Below, piece after piece: positions 10,591 to 24,670 of a stretch of 64,000 nt of DNA (position 1 is its first letter; each line of letters opens with the position of its first letter). The stretch lies in NCBI RefSeq assembly GCF_006345805.1, contig NC_043017.1, forward strand, positions 4,278,001 to 4,342,000, written 5' to 3'. Position numbers and translations under genes: made by a program. The stretch is from Octopus sinensis. Taxonomy: Eukaryota. The notes below the pieces were generated by a model. It had not been told where the DNA came from, did no database searches, and saw nothing but the letters and a program-made list of their open reading frames with translations.

Positions 10591-12309
10591 TACATGGGTT
10601 TATATTTATGTATATATCTGTATTTATATGCATGTGAGTGTATATATATATATGTCATGGATGTGTATATATTGATAATGATTATATGGATTTATATTTA
10701 TGTATATATTTGGATTTATATGCATGTGTGTGTGTTTGTATGTGTGTATATATATATATATATATATCATGGATGTGTATATATTGATATATTTATATAT
10801 GCATATTTGCATATATGTGTGCATGTGTTTATGAATATATGTGCATACATGTATGTGTTTGTAAATATTTGTGCATACATCTGTGTGTGTTTGTGTATAT
10901 ATGTGCATAAATATGCACTTATGTGTGTATATATATGTGCATAGCTATGCATTTACGTGGTGTGTGCAGGTATGTTTATGTATCTGATAATTCGGTAGTG
11001 TTAGTGGCACATGACGTTTTGTATAATTTTCACTTCCAAGCTCCACAACCCTCATCCTTTCGACTCCACCATCTTTATGGGTAATTTTTTTTTTTTTTTT
11101 TTCTTTTTCCTATCTTGTCTCCCTTTCTCTCTTTCTCCCTCTCCTTTTATTTTCTGATATTAAAAGAGAAAAAAAAAATAAACGATAATGATATGAAACG
11201 AAAGAAACAAGCAAGCACACGCACACCATGTTACAAGCACTACTTCTCTGCTCTCCTTTATCTCTCTCTCTCTCCCTGTCTTTCTCTTTCTCTCTTTGTG
11301 CACCTGACTTAGAAGTGATGTCAGCTGGTCGCTTACAGAGAAGTCACAGGGAGGAGGAGGAGGAGCAGTGGAACGAAGAAGAGCGAAGAGCGGAGGAATT
11401 AGAATAAACAATAAACAAAACACTTCTCCCCTAAATTATGCAAACCTATTCTAAATCGGAGGGAACTTGTTAGCTGTGACTTATCATCGTATAAAAATAG
11501 ACTTCGATTTACAAGTGGGAAACCTGAATTGTCTATTGATTTTGAGAATAAAATTTCACCCTAGACATTGTGTCCGTTTGTTCCCTCAGCGAGAGGAGGA
11601 ATTTCAAGAATGCAGTTTTTCTTTCCATGCCACACTATCATAATCAGCACGTTCATCATTATTGCTGCCGTACAGAGCCAAAAAGGAGCCTCAACATCGT
11701 TGCTTTACCTTATAGTTATAGCAGCAAAATCACCCTCAAATCGCATGCATATATTATGGTCTTGAAAAATGGGGAAAAAAAACAAAAAAAAACATTAAGG
11801 AATATTAAATATTGTAAATCCAGATATCAAAATACGTTGTTGCAGTTGGAATGTCTTTGATCATAGATGTATACTATGATGTGCAGATTGGATTATAGGT
11901 TTGCTAATTTAGGGATGGAGTGGAGTTGAAATCCTCCTCCTCCTCATCCCCTCCTCCTCATCCCCTCCCCCTCACCACCACTATCACCACCACCATCCCC
12001 ATTATTGTCACTTCCCCTACCTGTTTTTGTTAAAATGATTATATTCCTGGATGTTTTATATCTATATGGTGCTTGTTATTGCACTCTGCAATTTTTATAT
12101 GTTGCGCTATGCAATTTATTTATACACACACACACACACTCATTGTGTATAGCAGGGGTTTATAATCTGAGCTGTGTCCTCGTGAAGCACATCTGCACAC
12201 TCTATTAATCGAATGTATGTATGTAGATGTTTTATTTTAAATGAGAAAGTCATACACACCAGTTGAAACTCCCGGGGAATCAATATTTCCAGAGTATATT
12301 GGACTGTAC

Positions 12310-12955
<646 letters not shown>

Positions 12956-12959
12956 CATA

Positions 12960-13728
12960 CAGGTGCAGTGAATAGACTGCTGTCTAAATTACACAAAAAT
13001 GAAAATAACACGGACATTTCATTTTAACAAATATTTACCAGAATTACATAAAAATATCTTGAATTATTAAAGAGTAAATTTATTCAATAAAATCGCCATT
13101 GGCTTCAACCACAGCCTCCAGGAGACTTCAGAATCTCCTGCACTTCTTCTGGATGGTCTCCTTATTTACGTTGGTGAGTGTTGCCATAACCCCCTGCCCT
13201 CAGTTCATCTTTGGTGTTACAAGGAGTTTTGTTGGTCTTTTGTTCAACTGCAATCGACACATAATAATCAAGGGGGTTGCAGTCTGGGGAGTTAGGTGAC
13301 CAGATGTTTGGGGTGATGTGGTCACAGAAATTGATGGACAGCCATGACTGGGTTCTCCTGCTTGTGTGGTATGGGGCAGAATCCTGTGTGTCATGGTGCA
13401 GAAGACACAGGGTGTTCCAGCAGCGACCCTCTTGACCCAGGGCAGCACTACCTCCTCCAGGCATTTGATGTAGGCATCTGTGTTGAGTCTGAGGCCATGT
13501 AGGAAGATGAATGGAGGAATAACGTTGCCATCACTAGTGATCACTCCAAACACCATGAAGTTGACTGGATGTTTGATTTTTATCACTCTTGGTACATATT
13601 TTGGGGACATGGCAAGCCAATGGTTGTTCTGTGTGTTTACCATCTGATCCTGGCAGAAATTTTCCTTTAGAAGACCCTTGCCCAACGTGTCACACTGGGA
13701 CCATGCTGTTGGGTAGCAGGCTTCTTGC
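12960..13728 (-). mobile_element. Tc1/mariner superfamily maT-type (DD37D) transposase remnant with one terminus
   Basis: KHPVNFMVFGVITSDGNVIPPFIFLHGLRLNTDAYIKCLEEVVLPWV and QDSAPYHTSRRTQSWL...WSPNSPDCNPLDYY, with 37 residues between the 2nd and 3rd catalytic D. TA|CAGGTG terminus at 12958-12965. Frameshifted. Confidence 0.88.
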
Positions 13729-13974
13729 CGCGCGCACACACACACACACACAAACTCTTTATGTGTGTGTATGTATATATTTGTGTATGTATGTCTTTTT
13801 ATTACATATGTAGCATGGTTTTACGAAAATAGATATTTTTTTCTCTTTTCTAAAGATATTTACAATGTAATGGGAAATTTAGTGTTAAAAACATTTGCAA
13901 ACAGTTTTGTAATAAAATAAATTACAAAAGTTCTGTATATGATTTAAATGTTAAAGGGAAATTTGAATGGCTTA

Positions 13975-14032
<58 letters not shown>

Positions 14033-15027
14033 TCACACACTCACACACATCCGTACCTACATGTATATACATATGCCCTGCATACACATATACACACATA
14101 CGTCCCCCTTCATGTGCACTTACTGGAATATATGCACTTCACCCACATAACATTTAATCCCTCTGGCTACAGTTGTATGAAATTCTATATCTGCATGCAA
14201 TATATATATATATACACCCACACTTCCAAACTTTCACACATTCTAGTCTTCTCCAGTATCTATGAATGGTGGTTGAAAATTTTGTCTTGAGCAATTTCTC
14301 TATAAAGTTTTCATATTCTTCGTAGTATTTTCACAGCTGCCCTCCAACACCCAGGAAAGTGTTTTCACTGGTGTGTGTATAGAAGAGAGAACTTGCTAAA
14401 TGAGCATTCTTTATTAATAGATTTGATGGTGCCTAACCTAGTTTTTCTGTTTTGTTTAAATTATACACAGTTATATATAATATGACTTGTGCATAGGAAG
14501 GAAAGAAAAGAAGAGAGAGAGTCTGCAGTTGTAGGTGCTGCTGCTGCTTTCATAATCTGGTAATTGGGTCTCATTGCAAGTGTTAAGCAAGCAGATGGAT
14601 AGATGCATAACCTGTTAAGAAAAAGAGTAATAGAAATATGGGGTGGGTACCAGCTAACTTGAATCTAACAGTTGACTAGAATATATATGTTGACATTTGT
14701 TGTTGTTTGGCTACAGGATAACGCTGGCCAAGTAGACCTACAGAAAGAAGCACCAGTGTTTAAGCCATAACTGTCTTGTCTTTTATATAAGAAGGGGATT
14801 ATATTATCTAATGGATTTTTGTTTGTCAAGTTATTCGGGTGTTAAAGAGAGGTTCTAGGAAATATTACTTGACAAAATAGGTGTCTTGTAAATATTGTGA
14901 TGTTACATGACAGTGATATATGAAAAATTGAATATGGGAAATCTATGAGGACTACAGGAGGTAGACTATATGGAATATAAGTGTGTAGTGTTATATGATA
15001 GTGAAAGAAGGGTATTAAATATCTAAG

Positions 15028-15300
15028 TCAGATAGAAATGTGTTCAGCGTGCTCGTTTAGATGTGCCGTATCAGCTTGCATGTAAGCCAAAATGCTAGTG
15101 ATAGGACAATGGTTGGTATTGTCTACATCAGGTAATGTGTGTTGGGGAGATGATAACAGTGGCATGGCTATATGATGTGACTTGATGAAGATTTCTGGGA
15201 ATCGGGAGAAATATGCCGCAGAGAAAACGAATGTAAGAGACAGAGGCAAGATGTGGCGAAATTGAATGTGATGTTGGCTTTTGCTGATCAAGCGGCTCAG
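15028..15300 (-). pseudogene. Highly decayed LINE RT N-terminal fragment
   Basis: FPEIFIKSHHIAMPL...DNTNHCPITSILAYMQ...HLNEHAE resembles FP..WK.A.V.P..K...NYRPISLTS. Confidence 0.4.
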
Positions 15301-16639
15301 AGATGAAGAGAAATAGAATATGAACTAAAACCACCACTGCTATAAACACACACTCACACGGAGTAGAATAAATATATCTGAATATTCAATAGTTTGTTGC
15401 TGAAGAGTTCGGTAGAGGCATGGTGCTGTGGTTAAGAATTTTGCTTTACAACTACATGCTTTCCGGTTTGATCTCAATGTATAGAACTTTGGACAGATGT
15501 CTTCTGCTTTAGTTTTAGATTGACCCAGTCCTTTTGAGTGCAATTGAGTAGTTGAAAACCATTTGGATAGAAGGATGGAAACCCATTAGATGGACACTTT
15601 AATGGAAGTTTCTTGTTTCATTTCCTCTTCATCAGTTTTGAAGGTCATTGATGTTGCCCTTCCTTCTCTGAATGAATCATAGAAAGAAAGAAAGAAAAAA
15701 TAATAATAATAGAGGTCTCATTATACGAAGCAGTTGTTTATGTTGTCATAAGCAGCAATGACTATTTTATTTCTCATCCCTTTGGGAAGTGCAACAAACA
15801 AGTACCAGTCATACTTGTATTTTATTTGGTCAATCACAACCATTGCTTACAATCTGTAATCTTGTGTCAAAAATCTTCAACATAAAAGCGGTGCTCCAGC
15901 ATGGCCACAGTCAAATGACTGAAACATGCAAAAGAGTAAAAGAGTATAAAATAAATTTCTATTTTGTGAGAAATTGTCTTTGCACATTGAAACGGCTGAC
16001 ACTACTGAGCTGCCGGCATATTCTTTGCAGGTGATGCAAACAATCTTCCCTATTTTTCTTTAAATGGTCTTAATATGAATGTGGCAAAACACACTCATAC
16101 GCAGCTTCTGTCTACCAAATTTTACCCATAAATCAATGGTCGTCTCCTTCCCCCAAATTCATGGTCTTGTAGCAAAGTTAGAAAATACCATATGCAATTA
16201 TTGTCATGGTTGATTTTCTTTTCTCCTACAAACTTTCATCGGGAATGCATACAATAAGTGGCAGTAGGTAGGTTCAGTTTAGTGGAATTATTTCCTTCTG
16301 CCGTGACAAACTTGTGTGCGACTTTGTACCAATGTCAGAAATATAAAGGAGACTAACTGGAAGAATTCTTGTATTTGTATTCTTAGGATTAATTGATGAT
16401 GCATTTATGAAAGAAGTTTTAATGTCATTGCTGATGGTAATGTCACCTCTTGGTCTCCAAACTTAGACTCACATACTCACACACACACACACACACTCTC
16501 TTTGTGTGTGACTTTCCTTTGTATATCTGCCTGTTCCCCACCTCTCCTTTCTAATACACACACACACACACATATATATATATAGTTTTTCACAAACACA
16601 AAACTTAATAACAATGGATTGGAGTCACCACTTCGAAAA

Positions 16640-16808
<169 letters not shown>

Positions 16809-17289
16809 TTGTTCAGAAATTCAAAACTGAGTAACAATGAATTGAAATCTCACTTTAGAAAGAAAAACAAATACATGCACACACACACACACCACTTTAT
16901 TTATATTTATTTATCTATTTATTTATTTATATTTATTTATCTATTTATTTATTTATATTTATCTATCTATATAAACTTGTACATTGTTTATTAGCCAAAC
17001 TGCAACACAACACTGCCAGAACATGTGTGTGTGTGTGTGTTGCAAACACATTCTTCTGTTTTTATTTCAGTGAGACAACATTATTGCTGCTAACCAAGCA
17101 GAAATAATTGACATGAAATAGATGTCTAGTTCTTTATAATACACTATTATTTTTATGTGTGTCAGTGTGTCTGAGAGTGTGAGTGAACATGCAGATACAC
17201 ACAGATAACACACGCACAGTTATTTGTTAATAAGAATGGCAAGGGAATATTTATAGGTAAAATTAGCCTGTCATATCAGCTGGTATCAG

Positions 17290-17680
17290 CATCATCATCA
17301 TTGTTTAACGTCCGCTTTCCATGCTGGCATGGGTTGGACGGCTTGACTGTGGGCTGGTGAACCAGATGGCTGCACCAGGCTCCAGTTTTGATCTGGCAGA
17401 GTTTCTACAGCTGGATGCCCTTCCTAACGCCAACCACTCCGAGAGTGTAGTGGGTGCTTTTTACATGCCATCTGCACGGGGTCCAATCAGGCAGTACTGG
17501 CAACAACCTCGCTCGAATTTCTTACACATGCCAACGGCACAGGTGCCAGTAAGGCGATGCTGGTATGATCCCGTATGGAAGCCAGTTAGCCACTCTGGCA
17601 ACGATCAGGCTCAGATGGTGCTCGTGGCACCCTACAGGCACGGGGCACAAGTGCCAGTGAGGCGAAGCTGGTAATGATCA
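17290..17680 (-). mobile_element. Family B repeat with internal tandem subunits
   Basis: (CAT)n tail, GTTTAACGTCCGCTTTCCATGC, CTGGATGCCCTTCCTAACGCCAACCACTCC, and repeated GGCAC...CTGGCAACGATC units. Confidence 0.9.
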
Positions 17681-18309
17681 GCATTATTATTTTATGTCAA
17701 TTTTTTTATGCTTGTATGTGTTATATAAGTCTTCTGTAGCACTGCATATTGCCATTTGTTGTGGTTCATCGTCCCTTCATTTGTGGGGTTCAGCTTCTTA
17801 AAATCAAGCTTCCCATTTTACCTCTTCTGCAAGTTCTTATTCATTTGTTTTTATGTCTATTTTTCAATGTTGTCATGGGTTAGATATTCGTTTAGTAAGA
17901 CATTGCTTTTTACCACTCAGATACCTTTCCTATCACTAACCTTTGCTTATTTCCCAAATAAGGGGGTCTCTTACTTCACATGGCTTTGAAAGTGTGGACA
18001 ATTTGTCAACAAGAGAAGTGAGAACAACAATAATGCTTGTAGCAAGCAACTTTTGCAGACCCCTAAATGTAGACCCCTGCATTCTGTGAGCTTTCAGATT
18101 CTCTCTACTGAATTCTTTCATAAGGCTTTGCTCAGTCTGGAGCTATAGTAGCAGGTGCAAGGTACTGCACTGTGGGACTGAACCCCAAAACGTGGTTGGA
18201 AAGCGAATTTCTTAACTGTATGGCCATGCCCTATACTTAATACATCTATGTATCTATTTATTTGTGTGTGTATATATACATGTATATACATCATATTTAC
18301 ATGTACTCT

Positions 18310-18700
18310 GTGCTTGTAGGGTGCTAAGAGCACCCTCTGAGTATGATCGTTGCCAAAGCGGCTAACTGGCTTCCGTGCTGGTGGCATGTATGTGGCACCA
18401 TTTGAGCGGGATCATTACCAGCATCGCCTTACTGGCACCTGTGCCGTTGGCATGTGTAAAAAAAAAAAATTTGAGCGAGGTCATTGCCAGTACTGCCTGA
18501 CTGGCCCCCATACCGGTGGCATGTAAAAGCACCCACTACATTCTCGGAGTGGTTGGCATTAGGAAGGGCATCCAACTGTAGAAACTCTGCCAGATCAAGA
18601 CTGGAGCCTGGTGCAGCCTTCTGGTTCACCAGCCCACAGTCAAACCGTCCAATCCATGCTAGCATGGAAAGCGGACGTTAAACGATGATGATGATGATGA
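18310..18700 (+). mobile_element. Family B repeat, inverted relative to 17290-17680
   Basis: Ends GCATGGAAAGCGGACGTTAAACGATGATGATG; closely resembles the reverse complement of the 17290 copy. Confidence 0.9.
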
Positions 18701-18965
18701 AGGTGCATGGTCTAGTTGTGAGGGTATTGCACTCACAACCTAAAGGTTTAATTCCTAGACCGAGCAGCGCATTGTGTTCTTGAGCAAAACACTTCATTTC
18801 ACATTGCTCCAGCCCACTCGGCTGTAAAGGGGTAACCCTGCAATGGACTAGTCTTCAAATTGGGGGAATGCTGGCCTGCTGACCTAGCCAGTGGGGTGGC
18901 TTCATGATGCAGATTGCATTGTCACCAGTGATGTATAACATCTGATAGTCTGGTGGATCAGGTGA
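18699..18965 (+). mobile_element. tRNA-derived SINE family D (Meta/CORE-like central domain)
   Basis: GAAGGTGCATGGTCTAG head, TTGTGTTCTTGAGCAAAACACTTCATTTCAC, GGGGTAACCCTGCAATGGACTAG; related to 30662-30830. Confidence 0.6.
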
Positions 18966-19533
18966 CACACAGACATGCACACATGCAAATATAGAACACT
19001 TGTAAATCTATGTTACTATTAGTTTCAGGGAATTCCACTTAGTCAAGTAGCTGTTTTCAGATGTGGGTTAACACCCTTCTTGGTAGATAAGGAGCAATTT
19101 TTACTTTAGTTTTGTGTACTCTGAGCATCCGGCTTATTTTATCTTGGGAAAACACATTTGCTTATTTTAAAAGAGAAGCATAATTTATGGCTTTAAAAGG
19201 AATCACTTGAGAATAATGGACATTTTACATGCGCTCTCTTGCCTTTCTCTACATATTCTTCTGCAACAACAACAGTTTCTGCTCATAAGAACTGGTTGAT
19301 CTCTTGACATCTCTACTCAGGCACTTCCTACTTCCTCATCTCTTCTCCTCTCCTTGCCCATATTGTTCTTCTCAGACTTAGTCACCAAGTTTCCCCATTA
19401 AGCACTAGACTGTCTTTCCTCTGAAGAACATTGGCTGTCTTGAATTTCCGACCTGCATGTGTTTTTCTTGCAACAGTTCTAGCAGAATGTTAATGGCACC
19501 AATGTTGTTTGATGTGCAGGAAAGTGAGAAAGT

Positions 19534-19569
19534 CTTTTACGTTTCGAGCCAACACTCTTCATCAGAAAG
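19534..19569 (-). ncRNA. Minimal type I hammerhead ribozyme
   Basis: Minus strand reads CTTT CTGATGA A GAGT GTTG GCTC GAAA CGT A AAAG: intact core, stem I CTTT/AAAG, stem II GAGT/GCTC, palindromic ACGT stem III, GUA site. Confidence 0.75.
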
Positions 19570-20044
19570 GAATAAGAGAAAATAAACAGAGAGAGAATAA
19601 AAAAACTTGTGGATTTGGCAATCAAGCATGGCGACATACCTGCACGCTCACACAATGGACTTCTTGCTGTTTCTATTTATTAACTGCATTGACAAAACTT
19701 TGGTAGGCCTAGTGCTATAATAGAAGACACTTGTCCAAGGTGTCACACAGTGGAACTGAACCCAGAACTATGTGGTTGGGAAGCAAACTTCTTACCACAC
19801 AGCCACACCTGTATATTAGTTTCACATCATCTTCTCCATGTTGCAATCAGTTCAGTGTGTTAGACACCTCAGGCCCAAACTCCCTCAAATTACACCCATT
19901 GTGTCCTAAAAAAAAACCCACGAGATAAGGTGGTTCTAAATATGCTATGAATGAATTTAAGATGAATGGTCATGACTTTGGCTATAGGTCTGTTGGATGA
20001 GGAAGGACTACTCTGGAGTTGAATAAAGACCTCACAGATCAATC

Positions 20045-20396
20045 ACTTAAAGTGGATGAACCTTGTGGAAGAGGGAGACTCTAGAAGACATGAGATGATT
20101 TGTAAAAGGCTGATCTCAAGACGCTGAGCCTTATGGAGGAGATGTTTAAGGACTGAGAGATCTGGTGCCCTGCTGTACTTGAGAAGACCCGTCTGCCACA
20201 GCAGTACTGATACTGGTGCTGGTGCCATGTTAAAAGCACCCAGTACACTCTATGGAGTGGCCGGTGTGAGGAAGGGCACCCAGCTGTAGAAACCATGCCA
20301 GACTAGGCAATGGAGCCTGGTACTGTCCCTGGTCTTAACAGCTCCCGTCAAATTGTCCAACCCATGGAAAACAGACGTTAAATGATGATCATGACA
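20045..20396 (+). mobile_element. RTE-clade LINE 3' end (ORF C-terminus plus a 3' UTR of family B type)
   Basis: Decayed translation CGRGR...KT..DL.KADLKTLSLMEEMFKD.EIW.PAVLEKTRLPQQ (RTE C-terminal GRP..TW / DR..W pattern), followed directly by B-type sequence and an ATGATGAT tail. Confidence 0.7.
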
Positions 20397-21292
20397 ACAG
20401 ATGTATTGCTACAATAATTTTGTTTAGCCCTAGGTCAACCCTGGTTGAACAAACTGATAATCAAAGGCTTTCTGGCCATTACCAAACAGTTCTTGTTTTC
20501 AGGAATAGTGTATCTACGGTTATATAATCCAATGTGTTCTTTTTTTAAGAGAAGAGAATATGGCTTGAGGGCGACTCGCCTACTTCTTCTAGCAGGTCAA
20601 ACAATCATGACAGCTTCCTCTCCACCTCATCAACAATAATGTCTGTTATTATTGCTGTATGTGGAAACACTGAAACAGTAGTTGTAGTGTTTCTCTCTTG
20701 GCACCGTTCTTGTTCATTCTTGAGTACTTCCTAAACAACACTATTTCTGAATGACTGCTCTTTCTCTGTCACTCTCTTCTCCCCCCCTTCTTTTTTTTGT
20801 TGTCTCTCTTGCATTTGTTAAAATCCAAAAGACAATTCCAAGTGGCTTGCCATTTTTCAATTAAGTAGCTTTCCTATCCCTCCCATAAAATGTTTACACT
20901 TGACATTTAAAACTAATATTAAATGAAAGTATATTAGTTTGCCTCCTCCCTCTCTCCCCTCGCTTTCTTTCTTTTTTCTTTCTTAATAAATAAATACAGT
21001 TCTTGGAACATCTCTTCTTGCATTCATTGACATGCAGGTCTTCTGGGATTTAGCTGCTATTTCTAGCAGTTTTAGTGACCATATAGAGATTCTCCCATTG
21101 ACATGTAAAAGAAAAAGCTTACAGCACAGGTGATTTTTTTGTGGTCACCCATTGACTTACAGTTGTTACATGAACCTACACTTATTTCATTATTCTTGGA
21201 GGAGCTGTAAATTCCACAAGGCACAACTCCCTATTTTTGATTAATTTAGACAGAAAAAGAAATTTCCTGTCAACACTTGCATGGCTGTTTCT

Positions 21293-21522
21293 TTAACCCT
21301 TTTGTTACCATATTTTTGTTGAGATGCTCTCTGTTTCTTTCAATTAATTTTAAATATAACAAAGAATTTAGTAAAATAACTTAGTTATCATTCAGCTAGT
21401 GTTAGGAACATAAATTGTGACTAAGGTTTGGTGGAAGATTTTAATTCAGAACTTATGAAAACAAGACATTTGTACTACAGAGCCAGAGGCAGTTTCAGCT
21501 GGGTTGGTATCGAAAGGGTTAA
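21293..21522. mobile_element. piggyBac-type MITE (family 2)
   Basis: TTAA TSDs (21293-21296, 21519-21522), TIR CCCTTTTGTTACC / GGTATCGAAAGGG; inverted copy at 56574-56801. Confidence 0.88.
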
Positions 21523-21738
21523 AGTTTGGTGGGCAAGTTTAGGCCATACTATGAACAAACAATGTTAGTTGTTCTAGCCTATACATCCTACATTCTCATT
21601 AATTTGAATGTTAACCTGGCATAACCATAATAACACTATTAAGTATATTTAGTAGATTACCTTTAGTGAATTGAATCATATGGTCTGTGATGTATTGTTA
21701 ATTTAATGTTGCTTGACGTTAGTCAAATTATTACTACA

Positions 21739-22133
21739 CTGGCAGTATTGCCTAGCATTGCTCGGGCTTGTTTTCTTTTTGACCCTTTAGAATTGGAATT
21801 TTTGAAAAGTAAAAATTTTGCATTATGTAGCTTGTTATTCTCTTTAAGTGAACATTTTTCTGGTTAAAATACATCAAAAAATGGCGACACAGCAGTAAGA
21901 AAATCGTAAAAAATAGGGATTTTCATAGAAAAAAAGCACCTTTTTGATGTAAATAATTTTTGGTGTTAACATGGTCCGATTTGAATTTTTTCTTCTGTGG
22001 AATGAAGAACAAGCCTTCTATCATACTCTCAATTTTGGCCAACTTGCGCTGCAGGGTCTCGGAGGAGATAGTGTTAGTTGAAGGCTACCAAACCTGCCAT
22101 ACACAAACAACTTCAGCTTTATATATAGAGAGA
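21739..22133 (-). mobile_element. Non-autonomous Helitron-like element
   Basis: Minus strand begins TCTCTCTATATATAAAG and ends with a CCCGAGCAATGCTAGGC hairpin and CCAG|T (degenerate CTAG). The 3' part matches 45211-45327. Confidence 0.7.
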
Positions 22134-22603
22134 TTTCTGTTTATTTAGAAATCTACAATGAAGAGGTCATTTCACAGACATTAAACTATAAATTTCACAG
22201 GGTACAACCTTAAAGTGGACACTGTTCTGCTAAATGTAGAAAATTTCTGTCTTGCTGTTGGCTACACAGTTTTTTATTTTTTTTTAAACCTCTGTAACAT
22301 TTTCCTCCAACTTTTTTCTCCATGACATCATACCTTCATAGCAATTAGACTGGAAAACTTTATTATTATAGCCGATTTTCAAATTTTTCAGTCTTTTGAA
22401 AAATGCATATTTTGCGAATGAAAAAAACTAGATCCATGAATTTTCCTGTGGACCTCAGTCTTTGAAAGGTTCATCTACTTACTAAGCCAATTTTATTAAC
22501 TAACAATAAACTTGTTTTCTCTGTTTCATTGAAAAATATATGTAACTGAATAATTTATACATTATAGTAATTACACGTTTTACACTGCCGCCTTTTAAAA
22601 TTC

Positions 22604-22713
22604 TGAATTCAGTCCCACTGTGTGGCACCTTGGGCAAGTGTCTTCTACTATAGCCTTGGGCTGACCAAAGCCTTGTGAGTGGATTTGGTAGACAGAAACT
22701 GAAAGAAGCCTGT

Positions 22714-22744
<31 letters not shown>

Positions 22745-22982
22745 ATATATATGTGTGTGTGTGTGTATATATATGTATGTATTTGTGCTTGTGTCTGTCT
22801 CTCCATCATCGCTTGACAACCAACCTTGGTGTGTTTACGTCCCCGTAACTTAGTGGATCGACAAAAGAGACCGATAAAGTACCAGGCTTACAAGTCCAAG
22901 GGTTGATTTCTTCGGCTAAAAGGCAGTGCTCCAGCATGGCCACAGTCAAAATGACTGAAACAAGTAAAGGAGCAAAAGAGTA
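22604..22982 (+). mobile_element. SINE family A, 5'-truncated
   Basis: B-box region through microsatellite hinge to the GACTGAAACAAGTAAAG tail. Confidence 0.85.
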
Positions 22983-24508
22983 CTCCTGGATTCCTTTGTG
23001 AACCCCAGGGTGGTAACTGCTGGCATAGATGTTCACATTTTGGCTTGATAGTGAATGGTACTTGCTAAATCCAGAAAGTTTTCCCTTTTTTTTAATCTTA
23101 AAACATGAGCAGTCCCAGATTTATAGGTGAGGGGGTGGCAGGAAACCACAGGAGTGATGTATACTGCTTCTCTCTGTTTTGAGAAAGAGAGAGAGAGAGA
23201 AAGAGAGTGAGCATCTGAAAACTGGGTCATAGATATTTGTCTCTCTTTAGCTCTGTTTCTGCTCTACTCACAGAGTGGATGGCTAGCTCTCATTCGAAAC
23301 CCATTGAGAAGTCCTAAGTAGAAAGAGTCAATGAAGCAATTACACAGTTTCACTTATTTAATAAGTCGGAGACACTTTTTTTTTTTATATTTAATTATTT
23401 TATTTCATTTAAAAATATTTTCATAATCTCATTTAGTTTGAATTAGAGGAGGAGTAGTAGGAGGAGGAGGCGGCTTAGAGCGGAGTGGAAGGGTGGTGTG
23501 TTTATAACATTCATGAATCAGAGGAGGGGGATGTAGTGAGAGTGGGGGAGGCTGGCATGGAAGGAGTGTTGAAAGTCTGTTCTTCCAGTGTCTGTTGGCT
23601 CCTCTTAACCTACATAGGTGTTTCTACATTTCTTTCTTTCTTTCTTTCCTACTGTTGCCAACTGAGAGGCCTGTCTACTACATGTGGTTGTTCAACTTGC
23701 TAGAAATATCAGCAAGTATCCCTTAAATCACACTCAACCAACATTAAAAAATAAGTAAAGGGAAGGACACATTGGAAGCTGTGGTCATATATTAATTACA
23801 CTCTCAGAATTATAGACAGGGTGGAATGCCTTTGATCACAGGTCTTCTATATGGGGATGGATATGGGGTTACCAACAACTTTTGTCATGTCCCCTGCCCC
23901 CAGCCATTATGCCATATCAAGGATGAACTTTTTTCCGTTTGTTTTTATTTTTAATAGTTTGGCCTAGAGTAGGGGTGGGAAAGGTTTTTATTACTGAGGG
24001 ACAAATTGCGAGAGCATAAAGAACTTGTGGGAACACATCTGTAATGTTAACGATAATGAACCTTTAATTTTTACAAATTACAACAAGCAATTATGCTTAG
24101 TCTTGCCTAGATTTAGTAATAACAGAAATACACACACACACACACACAAATTCATTATATTTTCAATATATTTCTTTAAAGGTTGCTGATAATCAGCAAT
24201 TGGTCTGGGAATGTTGATTCATTAAGAATTGATGTGTCCAGACAATTCAGAATATGGCTCAAGTTGAGTTTCATAAAAATGTGCAGAAAACAAAGCGAAT
24301 CTTTAATAGAATTTTACTGTTCCATTAAAAAAAAAAAAAATTCGTTCTGAGCAAAATGTTTTTTTGTCTCTCTCTAACATGAGTTGTATTGAATTACATA
24401 ATGACTGTGAATGAATTATTTTTCTTACGTCAGTGTCTTTCCCCAATGTCTATTGTAGCGCTTGAAATACAGTATTTTTACTTTTATTAAAAATAAAATT
24501 ACACAAAA

Positions 24509-24670
24509 GGCGTAGGAGTGGCTGTGTGGTAAGTAGCTTGCTTACGAACCACATGGTTCCGGGTTCAGTCCCACTGCGTGGCACCTTGGGCAAGTGTCTT
24601 CTACTATAGCCTCGGGCCGACCAAAGCGCTGTGAGTGGATTTGGTAGACGGAAACTGAAAGAAGCTCGTA
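24509..24670 (+). mobile_element. SINE family A head only
   Basis: GGCGTAGGAGTGGCTGTGTGGTAAG...GAAACTGAAAGAAGCTCG, ending at the hinge. Confidence 0.88.

Noticed and set aside
15600-15640. Minus-strand CTGATGAAGAG...GAAAC
   Set aside because: No stem II, stem III or stem I pairing; chance core match.
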